Shown here piece by piece: positions 33,066-43,753 of a stretch of 64,000 bases of DNA. Below the pieces are notes generated by a model, which worked only from the letters and a program-made list of their open reading frames with translations, did no database searches and was not told the origin of the DNA. The DNA comes from Candidatus Dormiibacterota bacterium (GTDB taxonomy: Bacteria; Chloroflexota; Dormibacteria; Aeolococcales; Aeolococcaceae). Position numbers and translations under genes: made by a program. Within the stretch, counting starts at the first letter, position 1, and every line of letters starts with the position of its first letter. Location: the NCBI GenBank assembly GCA_963718525.1, contig OY970355.1:1920001-1984000 (forward strand), read 5' to 3'.

Positions 33066-36000
33066 ATGAACTGCGCGGCGTGCGGGGCGGAGAACCGAGC
33101 GGGACGGCGATTCTGCGGCCAGTGCGGTGCCGCCATGGCCCGACAGTGCCCATCCTGCGGAGCGGCAAACGACGAGACCGAGCGCTTCTGCGGGGATTGC
33201 GGATCGCCGCTGACGACAGCCCCCGTTGCCGGTCAAGCTCACATAACGCCCAGACAGGAGATCGCACCGCCGACGGTGCAGGCAACGGCCGAGCGGCGTC
33301 ACATCAGCGTCCTGTTCGCCGACCTGGTCGGCTTCACGACGCTCTCCGAACATCGTGACGCCGAGGATGTTCGCGAGCTCCTGACCCAGTATTTCACCAC
33401 TGCCCGAACCATCATCGGTCGCTACGGCGGAACGGTGGAGAAGTTCATCGGCGACGCGGTGATGGCCGTGTGGGGAGCGGAGTCGATCCAGGAGAATGAC
33501 GCCGAGCGTGCGGTACGCGCCGCGCTCGACCTGGTCGATGCGGTGGCGGTCTTCGGGGACCAGGTGGGTGCGCCGGGCCTGCGTGCAAGGGCGGGCGTGC
33601 TCACCGGTGAGGCCGCGGTCACCCTCGGCGTGAGCGGCGAGGGGAGCGTCGCTGGCGACCTCGTCAACACTGCCTCGCGCGTGCAGTCGGTGGCGGAGCC
33701 AGGGACCGTGTACGTCGGCGATGCGACGCGCCAGGCCAGCGAGGCGGCCATCATCTACGCGGCGGTCGGGGCGCACCAGCTGAAGGGAAAGCCGCAGCCG
33801 GTGCATCTCTGGCGCGCCGAGCGGGTGGTGGCGGCAACGGGCGGCGCGCTGCGGCCCACCGGGCTCGAACCGCCATTTGTCGGACGCGACCGGGAGTTGC
33901 GCCTGCTCAAGGAGTTGCTCCACGGCACCGGCGAGGAGCGCACCGCGCGATTGATGTCGATCGTCGGTGTCGCCGGCGTCGGCAAATCACGGCTGGCGTG
34001 GGAGTTCTTCAAGTACCTCGACGGGGTTTCCGAGCAGATCTGGTGGCATCGAGGTCGCTGCCTCGCCTACGGAGAGGGCGTGGCCTACTGGGCGCTCAAC
34101 GAGATGGTTCGCATGCGCGCGGGCATCATCGAGAACGAGCCACCTGAGAGCGCTCGCGCCAAACTTCGTAAGACTGTCGAGGAGTTCGTGCCCGAGGCGG
34201 AGGAGCGGCGTTGGGTCGAGCCGCGGCTGGCGCACCTTGTCGGCCTCGAGGAAGGCCTGGCAACAGATCCGCGCGACCTGTATGCGGCCTGGCGGTTCTT
34301 CTTCGAACGTCTGGCGACGCAGTACCTGACCGTTCTGGTTTTTGAGGACCTGCAGTGGGCCGACAGTGGATTGCTCGACTTCATCGAGTACCTGTTGGAG
34401 TGGTCGCGGTCGTCGCCCATCCTCGTGATCACGCTCGCGCGACCGGACCTCGGTGAACGCCGCCCCGGATGGGGAACCGGCAAACGGGGACTCTCCTCTC
34501 TGTACCTCGACCCGCTGAACCCGGACGCGATGAGCCAGCTCCTCGCAGGAACTCGTTCCCGGCCTCCCTGCGGAGTTGAGCGTCCGGATCCGCGAGCGCG
34601 CCGCAGGGATTCCGCTGTATGCGGTGGAAACCGTTCGAATGCTGCTCGACCGCGGGCTGGTCGTGGAGGAGGGTGGCCGATTCCGCGCTACCGGCTCGCT
34701 CGACGCGCTCGAAGTCCCGGAGAGCCTGCACGCGTTGATTGCAGCGCGGCTGGACAGCCTCGACCCGACGGAGCGGCAGCTGCTGCAGGACGCAGCGGTT
34801 CTCGGAAAGTCGTTCACAGCACACGCGATCACCGCCATCTCCGGTGTCGAGCCGGCCGAGGTTGCGCGCGTCCTCAGCAGCCTTGCCAACAAGGATATTC
34901 TCGCGATCCAGTCGGATCCGAGATCGCCGGAACGAGGTCAATACGTCTTCGTGCAGGACCTCGTGCGAAGCGTTGCCTATGGGACGCTCGCGCGGCGCGA
35001 TCGCAAGCTCCGCCATGTTGCAGCCGCGACGTACCTCGAGAGTTCCTGGTCCGAGGAAGAGGAGGTCGCGGAGGTTGTGGCGTCGCATCTGGTCGAGGCG
35101 CACGCGGCCGACCCCGATGCCGATGACGCGGGAGAGATTCGAGATCGAGCCCGTGCCGCCCTGGTCCGGGCTGGAGACCATGCGGTCGCACTCGCCGCGG
35201 CGGATTCAGCGCAATCGTATTTCGAGCGAGCACTGACGCTGGGCGGCGATGAGCAGTCGCAGGCGGACCTCCACGCACGGGCGGGACTGGCTGCCCAACG
35301 ACGAGCCCGCCCGACCGCCGCGAGGCATCACTTCGAAAGCGCCTGCGCTCTCTATGAAGGGTTGGGGCAGACGGTTCCGACCGCGCGTTACCTTGCGCGC
35401 CTGGCTCGCGTCGACCACATGGAGGGGAAGCGCGCAACCGGAATCGAACGGCTTCGACGGGCGGTGGCGATGCTTGAAGGACCCGACGACGGTGATCAGG
35501 ACCGGGAAGCCGCGCTCGCCCTGATCAGCGCGCAACTCGGATCGATGCTCTATTTCAGTGGCGACCTGGATGAAGCGCTTGCAATTGCTGAACGCGCGCT
35601 GCAGATCGCTGAGATGGTCGACGTCCCCAACGCATTCGTCAACGCGCTCAACACGCGTGCCAACATCCTCGCTTCCCGAGGGAGGCGCGACGAAGCAGAA
35701 CTGCTCCTCGACGGAGCCCTGCAATTCGCGAACAGCCGGAGCGTCGACGCAGACATCTTGCAGACCATCCAGGTGAACCTGGCATCAGTTCTGGAAGAGG
35801 GTGACCAACTCGAGGCGTGTCTCGAGCACTACCAGCAGAGTGAGATGCTCGCCGAGAGGATGGGTGATCGCGTCGGTGCAGTGTTCGCGCGAATGACACG
35901 CGCCAACACCCTCCTCGAGCTCGGGCGGTGGGACGAATACGCTGGGCTGTATCGCGACTATCTCGAGAATGACGCGCCTGACGTGACGGCGGACCTCACC

Positions 36001-36663
36001 CTCGCGAGCTTGCTCACCAGCGTCGTCTGGCTACAGCTTCGCCGTGGGGATGTGGACGCCGCGCGTTCCGTCGTCGCCGAGTTGGCCAATTACGTCCTGA
36101 GCGGGGTTGAGCAACGCGCGTCCCTCGACGCCGTTCGGGCGGCACTGGCATCCGCCGAGGGGCGCTGGGTTGACGCGCTGTCGTCGGCAGAAGGCGGTCT
36201 CCACTCCTGTCTCGAGCAGTCGTTTCCTGTCGTTGTCTGCCTCAACCTCGTCGAGGCCGCCCATGCGGCATTTGCGCTCGGACGGGATGACAAAGTCCAG
36301 GAGCTGATCGATACCGTACGCGCTCATTACCGGCCAGGACGGCAGCGTGCCATCGACGCGCACATCCACCGCTGGCGCGGTGCACTCGCCGCGCATCGCG
36401 GCGATGAGACCGAGGCCGCTGATCATTTCGCGCAGGCGCTGGAGGCCTTTGCCTCGCTGACACGGCCGTTCTGGATGGCGGTCACGCAACTCGAGTTCGC
36501 CGAATTGCTGGTCCACAACAACCACGACGGCGAAGCCGCTGAGTTGCTCATCAGTGCGCGATCCGGCTTTACCCGACTTGGTGCAGCGCCGTGGATCGAG
36601 CGCGTCGACGCTTCAGCCCGGAGGACCCGGGGCGGGATGACCGAAGTGAGATCGGCCGTATGA
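33066..36663 (+). CDS. Double zinc ribbon + class III adenylate/guanylate cyclase + STAND ATPase + TPR protein, +1 frameshift at ~34550
   Basis: Four CxxC pairs, VLFADLVGFT, KFIGDAVM, GDLVNTASR, Walker A GVAGVGKS, Walker B FEDLQWAD, TPR-like C-terminus; removing one A gives 1198 aa. Confidence 0.85.
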
Positions 36664-37630
36664 CGTGCGCCGCCTGCGGCACCGAGAATCGCGCCGGGGC
36701 TCGCTTCTGCGTCCAGTGCGGAGCGATGCTGTCGCGCGCCTGCGCCGCATGCGGTGCCGCATACAACGAGGGCGAACGGTTCTGCGCGTCGTGCGGCGCC
36801 CCGTTGTCCGCTGAGTCCTCAGCGCCGAAGCCCTTCGTTGCATCAGCTCGAGCAGAGCCATCATCACGCCTCTCGGAACGCCGGCATGTCACAGTGCTCT
36901 TCGCGGATCTGGTCGGTTTCACTCCGCTCTCGCAGCAGCGCGACGCGGAGGATGTCCGCGACCTTCTCAGCCGCTACTTCGACACTGCGCGGACCATCAT
37001 CGCGCGTTATGGCGGGACAGTTGAGAAGTTCATCGGCGACGCGGTCATGGCCGTGTGGGGAGTTCCCGCGGTACTCGAGAACGATGCCGAGCGCGCGGTC
37101 CGCGCTGCGCTCGAGTTGGTCGACGCCGTCGCCGCGTTCAGCGAAGAGGTCGGAGTGCCGGGGTTGCGAGCTCGCGCCGGTCTGTTGACCGGTGAGGTCG
37201 CGGTGAATCTCGGGATCGCCGGCGAAGGCATGGTCGCGGGCGATCTCGTCAATACCGCTTCACGCGTGCAGACCGTCGCCGAGCCGGCGCGCGCCTCACG
37301 CCGGTCGTCGCCCCGATCGTCCACGCACACATCCAGCGATTCCACGCGCGGGTCGCGGCGGTCGAGGACCGGAACGACGATGTTGTCCCCAACTTTCAAG
37401 CGGCGATCGAAACTTTCCAGCAGCGACAGCTGCCCTTCTGGCTCGCGGTGACCCGCCTGGAACTCTCCGAGTGGTTGGTGCAGCACGGCAAATCTGCCGA
37501 TGCCGCCGGGATGCTGGCCGAGGCGCGAGCGACGTTTGCCGCACTGGGCGCGGCGCCGTGGATCGAGCGCGCTGACGGAGCCGCCGGAAGCCCGTCGGCT
37601 TCAAAAGAACAGACAGCGCTGCCTGCCTGA
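36660..37630 (+). pseudogene. Second zinc ribbon-adenylate cyclase-STAND-TPR paralogue with a large internal deletion
   Basis: N-terminus parallels 33066 up to VAEP (~37286); an out-of-frame C-terminal end follows (HIQRFHA...LPFWLAVTRLELSEWL...LGAAPWIERAD); about 2.6 kb shorter than its paralogue. Confidence 0.75.
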
Positions 37631-37635
37631 CGGCC

Positions 37636-39363
37636 GTGACCGATACCGTAGGCGTCACCGACCAGGCTGCAGCGCCGAAGGCGAAGATCGGCTACCGCGC
37701 CCTCTTCCGCAATCGCGACTATCGCTTCCTCTACTCGGGGCTCGCGATCTCGATGAGCGGTTCGTGGGCATACAACGTCGGCCTGGTGGTGTTCGTCTTC
37801 AACGCCACGCATTCGCCTGCCTGGGTGGCCGCGGCGTCGATGACCCGGTTTCTCTGCGCGCTCGTTGCCAGTCCCTTCGGCGGATTGATCGCCGACCGGA
37901 TAGAGCGCATGCGGTTGATGGTGACGCTCGACTCCATCTCGACGGTGCTCCAAGCCGCCCTCGCCGTCGTCGCAGTGTTGAATGGGCCGGTCATCATCGC
38001 CATTGTTCTCGCGGCGCTGACGTCGGTCACCGGCTCTTCGTACGACCCGGCGGCTCGGGCTGCAACGCCGGTCATCGTGGGCGAGGAGTACCTGGCGGCT
38101 GCCAACAGCGCGCAGTCGGCCGTGGAGAACCTCTCCGTGATCGTCGGTCCCGCGATTGCAGGCGTGCTCCTCCTGTTCACCCCGCCGGCGACCGTCTTCG
38201 GGATCAACGCCGCCTCCTTCGCGCTGTCTGCGTTGCTGGTGTCTCGCATACGTGTCAAGAGCCGCCCCGCCGACATCACCGAGGGAGGCACCGTCAGTCC
38301 GCTCAAGCAGATGGCGGGCGGCATCGCCGCATTCTTCGATTCGCCCACCGTGATGCTGCTCGCCGGGTTCAGCATCCTTGCGAGTTTCGTCTACGGCACC
38401 GACACCGTGCTGTTCGTCGTGATCAGCCGTGACCAACTCGGCACCGGGAGCGCCGGGTACGGCTACCTGCTGGCGGCGCTCGGCGTTGGCGGCATCCTGA
38501 TCGCTGGCTTCATGAATCGCATCGCTGCCGCCCGGCAACTCGGAGCGATCATCGTCGCCGGCATGGCGGTGTACTGCCTGCCCACCGCATTGCTGACGAT
38601 CGTGCATGCACCGTGGGTCGCGTTTCTCCTCGAGGTCGTCCGCGGTGCGGGGACCATCGTTGTCGACGTCCTTGCGATCACCGCCTTGCAGCGTCTGGTC
38701 AAGCCGGATGTGGTCGCGCGCGTCTTCGGCGTGTTCTTTGCGCTCGTGCTCGCGGCGATCGCGCTCGGCGCGCTGCTCATGCCGATCCTGCTCGGCACTG
38801 TGGGGTTGGCCACGACGCTGCTGATCATGGGATTCGCGATACCTGCACTCACCGCCGCGTCGTATCCGTGGCTCCGCACCCTCGACACTCGGGCGCTCAG
38901 TGAGCTGTCCGCTATCGAGCCGATCGTTGCCAGGCTCCAGGCGCTCGACATCTTTGCCGGTGCCACCCGCGCCGCGTTGGAGAACATCGCTCGGTCTGCG
39001 GTGGAGGAGTCCATTGCACCCGGGAGCGTCCTCATTCGCGAGGGCGCCGAAGCGGATGACTTCTTCGTGCTGACCTCGGGTCAGGTGTCGGTGAGCGCCG
39101 CGGGCGAGTCCGGTGTCGAGCGCTCGCTGGGCAAGCTCGAGCCGCCGAATTACTTCGGCGAGATCGGACTTCTGGAGCACCGGCCGAGGACAGCCACGGT
39201 GACGACGATCACCCCATGCACCGTGCTACGTATCAACGGCACCACGTTCGTGGATGCTCTGACCCACACTCCGCTTGCGCCCAGCGCGCTCGGCGGCGTG
39301 CAGATGCGGCTCGCGCGGACACATCCGTCGGTGAAGATGACCTTCGGGCAGAACGGCGAGTAG
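37636..39363 (+). CDS. MFS transporter with C-terminal cyclic-nucleotide-binding domain
   Basis: FRNRDYR, GGLIADR, about 12 TM; C-terminal IREGAEADDFFVL...FGEIGLLEHRPRTATV. Confidence 0.88.
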   Translation: MTDTVGVTDQAAAPKAKIGYRALFRNRDYRFLYSGLAISMSGSWAYNVGLVVFVFNATHSPAWVAAASMTRFLCALVASPFGGLIADRIERMRLMVTLDSISTVLQAALAVVAVLNGPVIIAIVLAALTSVTGSSYDPAARAATPVIVGEEYLAAANSAQSAVENLSVIVGPAIAGVLLLFTPPATVFGINAASFALSALLVSRIRVKSRPADITEGGTVSPLKQMAGGIAAFFDSPTVMLLAGFSILASFVYGTDTVLFVVISRDQLGTGSAGYGYLLAALGVGGILIAGFMNRIAAARQLGAIIVAGMAVYCLPTALLTIVHAPWVAFLLEVVRGAGTIVVDVLAITALQRLVKPDVVARVFGVFFALVLAAIALGALLMPILLGTVGLATTLLIMGFAIPALTAASYPWLRTLDTRALSELSAIEPIVARLQALDIFAGATRAALENIARSAVEESIAPGSVLIREGAEADDFFVLTSGQVSVSAAGESGVERSLGKLEPPNYFGEIGLLEHRPRTATVTTITPCTVLRINGTTFVDALTHTPLAPSALGGVQMRLARTHPSVKMTFGQNGE

Positions 39364-39397
39364 CAACGATTCCATGTGGCGAGGTGACAATCCACCT

Positions 39398-40264
39398 GTG
39401 CACATCGGCGTCGTCTACCCGCAGACGGAGCTCGGTGGAGACCCCGCCGCGGTTCGGCAGATCGGAAGGGCGGTGGAGGACCTTGGGTTCACCCACCTGC
39501 TCGCCTACGACCACGTGCTCGGTGCCGTTCACGCCGATCGTTCGCCTCAGCTGACGGGGCCGTACACCGAGCACGACCCCTTTCACGACCCGTTCGTGAT
39601 GTTCGCCTTTCTGGCGGCCATCACCAAGCGAATCGGCTTCACGACTGGAGTCCTCATCCTTCCGCAGCGTCAGACAGCTCTTGTCGCGCGCCAGGCCGCC
39701 GATGTCGACCTCCTCTCGGGCGGCCGGCTACGACTTGGCGTCGGCATCGGCTGGAACCCGGTCGAGTACGAGGCGCTCGGGCAGGACTTCCACACCCGCG
39801 GCTCACGTCAGGAGGAGCAGATCACCCTGCTCCGCCGGCTTTTCAGCGAGCCTGTCGTTGAATTCTCGGGTCGCTTCGACCGAGTTGACAGAGCGGCTCT
39901 CGTGCCGAAGCCGACGAGGTCGATACCGATCTGGCTCGGTGGATCCAGCGAGGCCGCGTTCGACCGTGCCGCCCGCCTCGCGGACGGCTTCATCTTCATC
40001 GGCGGTGACATCGACCGCAGCCTCGAGGCGTGGAGGCGGCTGCGAGAACGAATTCGCGGCCACGGCAGGTCGGTTGACGATTTTGGCGGGGAATATGTGG
40101 TCCGTCCTCGCAGCGGCATTGACGGCCTCAAAGCGGACATCGACGTCTGGCGCGAGGCGGGTGGTTCTCATGTCTCGGTGGTCACCATGGGCATGGGCCT
40201 GGAGTTGATCGACTCCCACGTTGACTACCTGGCGAAGGTGGCGGAGGGACTGGACTTGGCGTGA
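39398..40264 (+). CDS. LLM-class (probably F420-dependent) oxidoreductase
   Basis: AYDHVLG, HDPFV, LILPQRQ, LSGGRLRLGVGIGWN, RAARLADG. Confidence 0.88.
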   Translation: MHIGVVYPQTELGGDPAAVRQIGRAVEDLGFTHLLAYDHVLGAVHADRSPQLTGPYTEHDPFHDPFVMFAFLAAITKRIGFTTGVLILPQRQTALVARQAADVDLLSGGRLRLGVGIGWNPVEYEALGQDFHTRGSRQEEQITLLRRLFSEPVVEFSGRFDRVDRAALVPKPTRSIPIWLGGSSEAAFDRAARLADGFIFIGGDIDRSLEAWRRLRERIRGHGRSVDDFGGEYVVRPRSGIDGLKADIDVWREAGGSHVSVVTMGMGLELIDSHVDYLAKVAEGLDLA

Positions 40265-40443
40265 GCACAGCGCACGCACGAGTGCGGGGAGAAATGGGTC
40301 AGTATGCTGCCTGCACCGGCTCGTCTCTCTCATCGTCGTCGTGCGCGCTGACTGCGGCCAGCAGCACTGGATCCGCGAAATCGAACCCGGCGTGTAGGAG
40401 GAGATCCTCACGGAGTTTCCATCGATCCCAGGAGTGCAAATAT

Positions 40444-41004
40444 ATGACCACCATGAGCCGGCCCGCAGGAGCGCCAACCATTCGCTTTGACGCCACGCTG
40501 TACACGATCGATACATCGACTCTCGTGCGCTTGCCTGAGACCGCGAGCAGGAAACTGCCGTCGCGCGGGCAGGTGGCCGTGAAGGGAACGATCAATGGCC
40601 ATGGGTTTCACGCGGTGTTGGAACCAGACGGCTCGTTTGGCCACTGGATGCGGATTGATCGAAAGCTACAAAAAACTGCTGCCATACGGACGGGTGACAC
40701 CGCAACACTCGAAATTCAGTTGCTCAAAGACTGGCCGGAGCCGAAGGTGCCACAGGATCTCGAGACAGCGCTGGCAGCTGCCCCTCAGAAGATCCAGGAT
40801 CTCTGGACCACTATTACTCCGATGGCGCGCTGGGAATGGGTTCGATGGGTCAACGCAACCTCAAACCCCGATACGCGCAAACGACGGGTCGAAGTGAGCA
40901 TCTCGAAAATGCAAAGCGGGAAGAGGCGGCCCTGTTGTTTCAACCTTGCCGCATGTACCGACCCGAACCTGTCCAAAAATAGCAAGCTCATTGACCCGGC
41001 GTGA
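40444..41004 (+). CDS. DUF1905 + YdeI/OmdA-family protein
   Basis: LPSRGQVAVKGTING, VPQDLETAL, WEWVRWV...TRKRRV. Confidence 0.8.
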   Translation: MTTMSRPAGAPTIRFDATLYTIDTSTLVRLPETASRKLPSRGQVAVKGTINGHGFHAVLEPDGSFGHWMRIDRKLQKTAAIRTGDTATLEIQLLKDWPEPKVPQDLETALAAAPQKIQDLWTTITPMARWEWVRWVNATSNPDTRKRRVEVSISKMQSGKRRPCCFNLAACTDPNLSKNSKLIDPA

Positions 41005-41153
41005 TCTGTCCGGGTAACACCGCGGTTCGGTAATTCCCGAGCCGAACTCGCTCACCCGAGCTGGCAGTCGCGTTCGCAACATCAACTGAACACAAGCTGC
41101 TCGGAGTGGCACGCGCAAGCACACAATCGAGGCCACCCGCTCCCCTCCATCTC

Positions 41154-41206
41154 AGTATATCAGCGCACCCGGGACTTGCGGCAAGCGCGGGGGCGTGCTG
41201 CAGAAT
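41154..41206. promoter_or_regulatory. RAE-like palindrome with overlapping divergent promoters
   Basis: GGGACTTGCGGCAAGCGCG at 41171-41189; plus strand TTGCGG-N19-CAGAAT; minus strand TTGCCG-N19-TATACT. Confidence 0.7.
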
Positions 41207-41346
41207 CGCTGGCCGAGACCAAGAATCTCCAGCACTGGGAGGCTCGACGTGCGGATGTTGTTGTCGATGGACGGGGCGCGCGCTGACGTCGAACCAATGG
41301 TGGGGCTCGCGGTTCACCTGCTGACGAATGGCCGGGAGGTGCAAGT

Positions 41347-42789
41347 ATGAGCAAGCACGCAGTGGTGATCGCCGGAGGCGGTCCGACGGGAATGATGCTG
41401 GCGGCAGAGCTGACATTGGCGGGGACCGACGTCGTCATCGTCGAGCGGCGCGCCGGCTTCGAGCTGGAGAGCTCGCGCTCGCGAGGTCTGCACTCTCGCA
41501 CCATCGAAGTACTCGATCAGCGTGGCGTGGTTGATCGATTTCTCGCCGAGGGAAGGACAGCACAGGTGCAGGCATTCGGTGGAGTCCCGATGGACATAAG
41601 CGATTTCCCCACGCGCCACAACTACGGTATGGCGCTGTTGCAGAGCCACTTCGAGCGCATCATGTCGGGCTGGTTGGATGAGCTCGGCGTTCCCATCCTG
41701 CGCGAGCGCGAGGTGACCGGTTTCACGCAGGACGGCGGCGTCGTCGACGTTGCGCTCTCCGAGGGCACACCGCTGCGGGCGCAATATTTGGTGGGTTGCG
41801 ACGGGGGCCGCAGCGTTGTGCGCAAGGCGGCAGGCATCGATTTCGCGGGCTGGGATCCAACCACGTGCTGGATCATCGCCGAGGTCGAGATGGAGGAGCA
41901 GCCGGAATTCGGCCTGCGTGGCGGCGGCGGTATCGGTCCGGCGGAAGAAGGCCGCGTCGGCGTCACCCTGATCGAACCGGACGTGAACCCCACGGAGGAG
42001 CCCACGCTGGAGGATCTCCGCGCGGCGCTCATCCGCGTCGACGGAACGGACCACGGCGCGCACAACCCGCGCTTCATCTCTCGCTTTACCGACATGACGC
42101 GTCAGGCAGTGACCTATCGCAGCGGCCGCGTGCTGGTTGCGGGAGACGCGGCACACGTGCACGCCCCGATGGGAGGTCAGGGGTTGAACATCGGTGTGCA
42201 GGATGCGGTGAACCTGGGCTGGAAGCTGGCGCAGGTGGTCAACGGCACCTCACCCGCGAGCCTCCTGGACACGTATCACGCCGAACGTCACCCGGTTGGT
42301 GCGCGGGTGCTGCGGAACACCATGGCGCAGAGGGCACTCGGCGCATCGGACGACCGGTCCGTCGCGTTGCGCGACATGGTGGTGGACCTGCTGCGCATGG
42401 ACGAGCCACGCAGGCACATCGCCGCCATGATCGCTGGCCTCGACGTTGCGTATGACCTCGGCGACGGACATCCGCTCTTGGGGCGCCGCATGCCCGACCT
42501 CGATCTGGCGACTGCCGACGGTACCGTGCGAGTGTTCTCGTTGTTGCACGACACCAAGCCGGTGCTGCTGAACCTCGCTGACGCCGGCGGACTCGACATC
42601 GCAGCGTGGGCCGATGGAGTTCAGCTCGTCGATGCCTCGTATGCCGGCACGTGGGAGCTTCCGGTCATCGGCGAGGTCGGTGCACCGACCGCAGTGTTGG
42701 TGCGTCCCGATGGACACGTCGCCTGGGTTGGCGATGGCACTGATACTGGATTGCGGGACGCGCTGACTCGCTGGTTCGGATCACGGTGA
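41347..42789 (+). CDS. Class A FAD-dependent monooxygenase, rifamycin monooxygenase (Rox)-like
   Basis: GGGPTG, GCDGGRS, SRFTDMTRQA, GDAAHVHAPMGGQGLN, LLDTYHAERHPV, GHPLLGRRMPD, RPDGHVAW; GGGAGG RBS. Confidence 0.85.
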   Translation: MSKHAVVIAGGGPTGMMLAAELTLAGTDVVIVERRAGFELESSRSRGLHSRTIEVLDQRGVVDRFLAEGRTAQVQAFGGVPMDISDFPTRHNYGMALLQSHFERIMSGWLDELGVPILREREVTGFTQDGGVVDVALSEGTPLRAQYLVGCDGGRSVVRKAAGIDFAGWDPTTCWIIAEVEMEEQPEFGLRGGGGIGPAEEGRVGVTLIEPDVNPTEEPTLEDLRAALIRVDGTDHGAHNPRFISRFTDMTRQAVTYRSGRVLVAGDAAHVHAPMGGQGLNIGVQDAVNLGWKLAQVVNGTSPASLLDTYHAERHPVGARVLRNTMAQRALGASDDRSVALRDMVVDLLRMDEPRRHIAAMIAGLDVAYDLGDGHPLLGRRMPDLDLATADGTVRVFSLLHDTKPVLLNLADAGGLDIAAWADGVQLVDASYAGTWELPVIGEVGAPTAVLVRPDGHVAWVGDGTDTGLRDALTRWFGSR

Positions 42790-42918
42790 CGCGCCGGCTG
42801 GTGTGATTGCATCAGTGGGAGTCGGTATGAACGCATCTCGCGGATGGAGAGATGGTGGGTGAGCATGTGATCAGCGCCTCAATAGACAGCACGGCGCACA
42901 TATGGAGACGGATGGGGT

Positions 42919-43533
42919 ATGAATCAGAACACCTCGATCAGAGCGGCTCGGCGTCACTCGATACACATGGCGACTGGCATCGGCGCCGTTGGCGCATTCA
43001 TCATCTTCGGATCCATTCCGGCCGCCGCAGCCAGCGGAACACAGGTCGTGACCGGGTCAACATCGGGTGGCGTGCTCAGCATCTCCGCGCCGGGTGCGCT
43101 CACCCTGCCAACGCTGGTTGCCGGCAGCTCGACTGCGGCGACCAACCTCGGCAGTCTGAGCTGGACAGATACGATGAACGACGCGCTGGTCTCGAGTGTC
43201 ACCTTCGCCGCGACGAACCTGTGGCACGCAGCGGGGGCCGGCCTGTACATCCCGTGGGGAGATTTCACGATCACAGTCGACCCAACGCCCAGCCCCAATG
43301 CGATGAACACCGGTGCGGCAGCGGTGGTGCCGCCGGGGAGCCCGTACGTGCTCGCCGGAACCCCGACCACTGACTTCGGCACCTATTCCACGCCGATCAC
43401 CCTTGCCACCGCATCGGCGACGAGCGAGGGCACCTGGACCATGGCAACCAATCAGATCGTCGTCGCAGTCCCCGCGAACACGACGCCCGCCACGACCTTC
43501 ACGGCGACGCTCCAGTACAGCGTCACCGGGTAG
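42919..43533 (+). CDS. Secreted WxL-like cell-surface protein
   Basis: Signal peptide, Thr/Ala-rich beta protein ending VPANTT...FTATLQYSVTG; followed by a DUF916 gene. Confidence 0.6.
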   Translation: MNQNTSIRAARRHSIHMATGIGAVGAFIIFGSIPAAAASGTQVVTGSTSGGVLSISAPGALTLPTLVAGSSTAATNLGSLSWTDTMNDALVSSVTFAATNLWHAAGAGLYIPWGDFTITVDPTPSPNAMNTGAAAVVPPGSPYVLAGTPTTDFGTYSTPITLATASATSEGTWTMATNQIVVAVPANTTPATTFTATLQYSVTG

Positions 43534-43753
43534 TCCCCCCATCGACCCCCACCCCCAAGGTGCCGGGCGATCGATCAGTCCCAACTGCACGGTCGTCCGG
43601 CCCTCCTCGCTCGCAAGCGGCAATCGGCGGGGTGACATGCGCTCCGCCTGGCTCATCCTGAGACATTCCGTCACAACTTGCCCTGCTTCGTGCCCCTTCG
43701 TGACGGCGAGGGCCGGGCAAGCGGGGTAGGCTCAGATCCGTTCCAAGGAAGAG

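Noticed and set aside
40261-40443. N-terminal extension of the YdeI/OmdA ORF, or a separate small gene
   Set aside because: Ser-rich, non-protein-like translation; the RBS supports a start at 40444 and other frames give no supportable ORF.
43534-43753. c-di-GMP riboswitch or ncRNA between the WxL-like and DUF916 genes
   Set aside because: No recognisable GEMM motif; only generic GC-rich stems.
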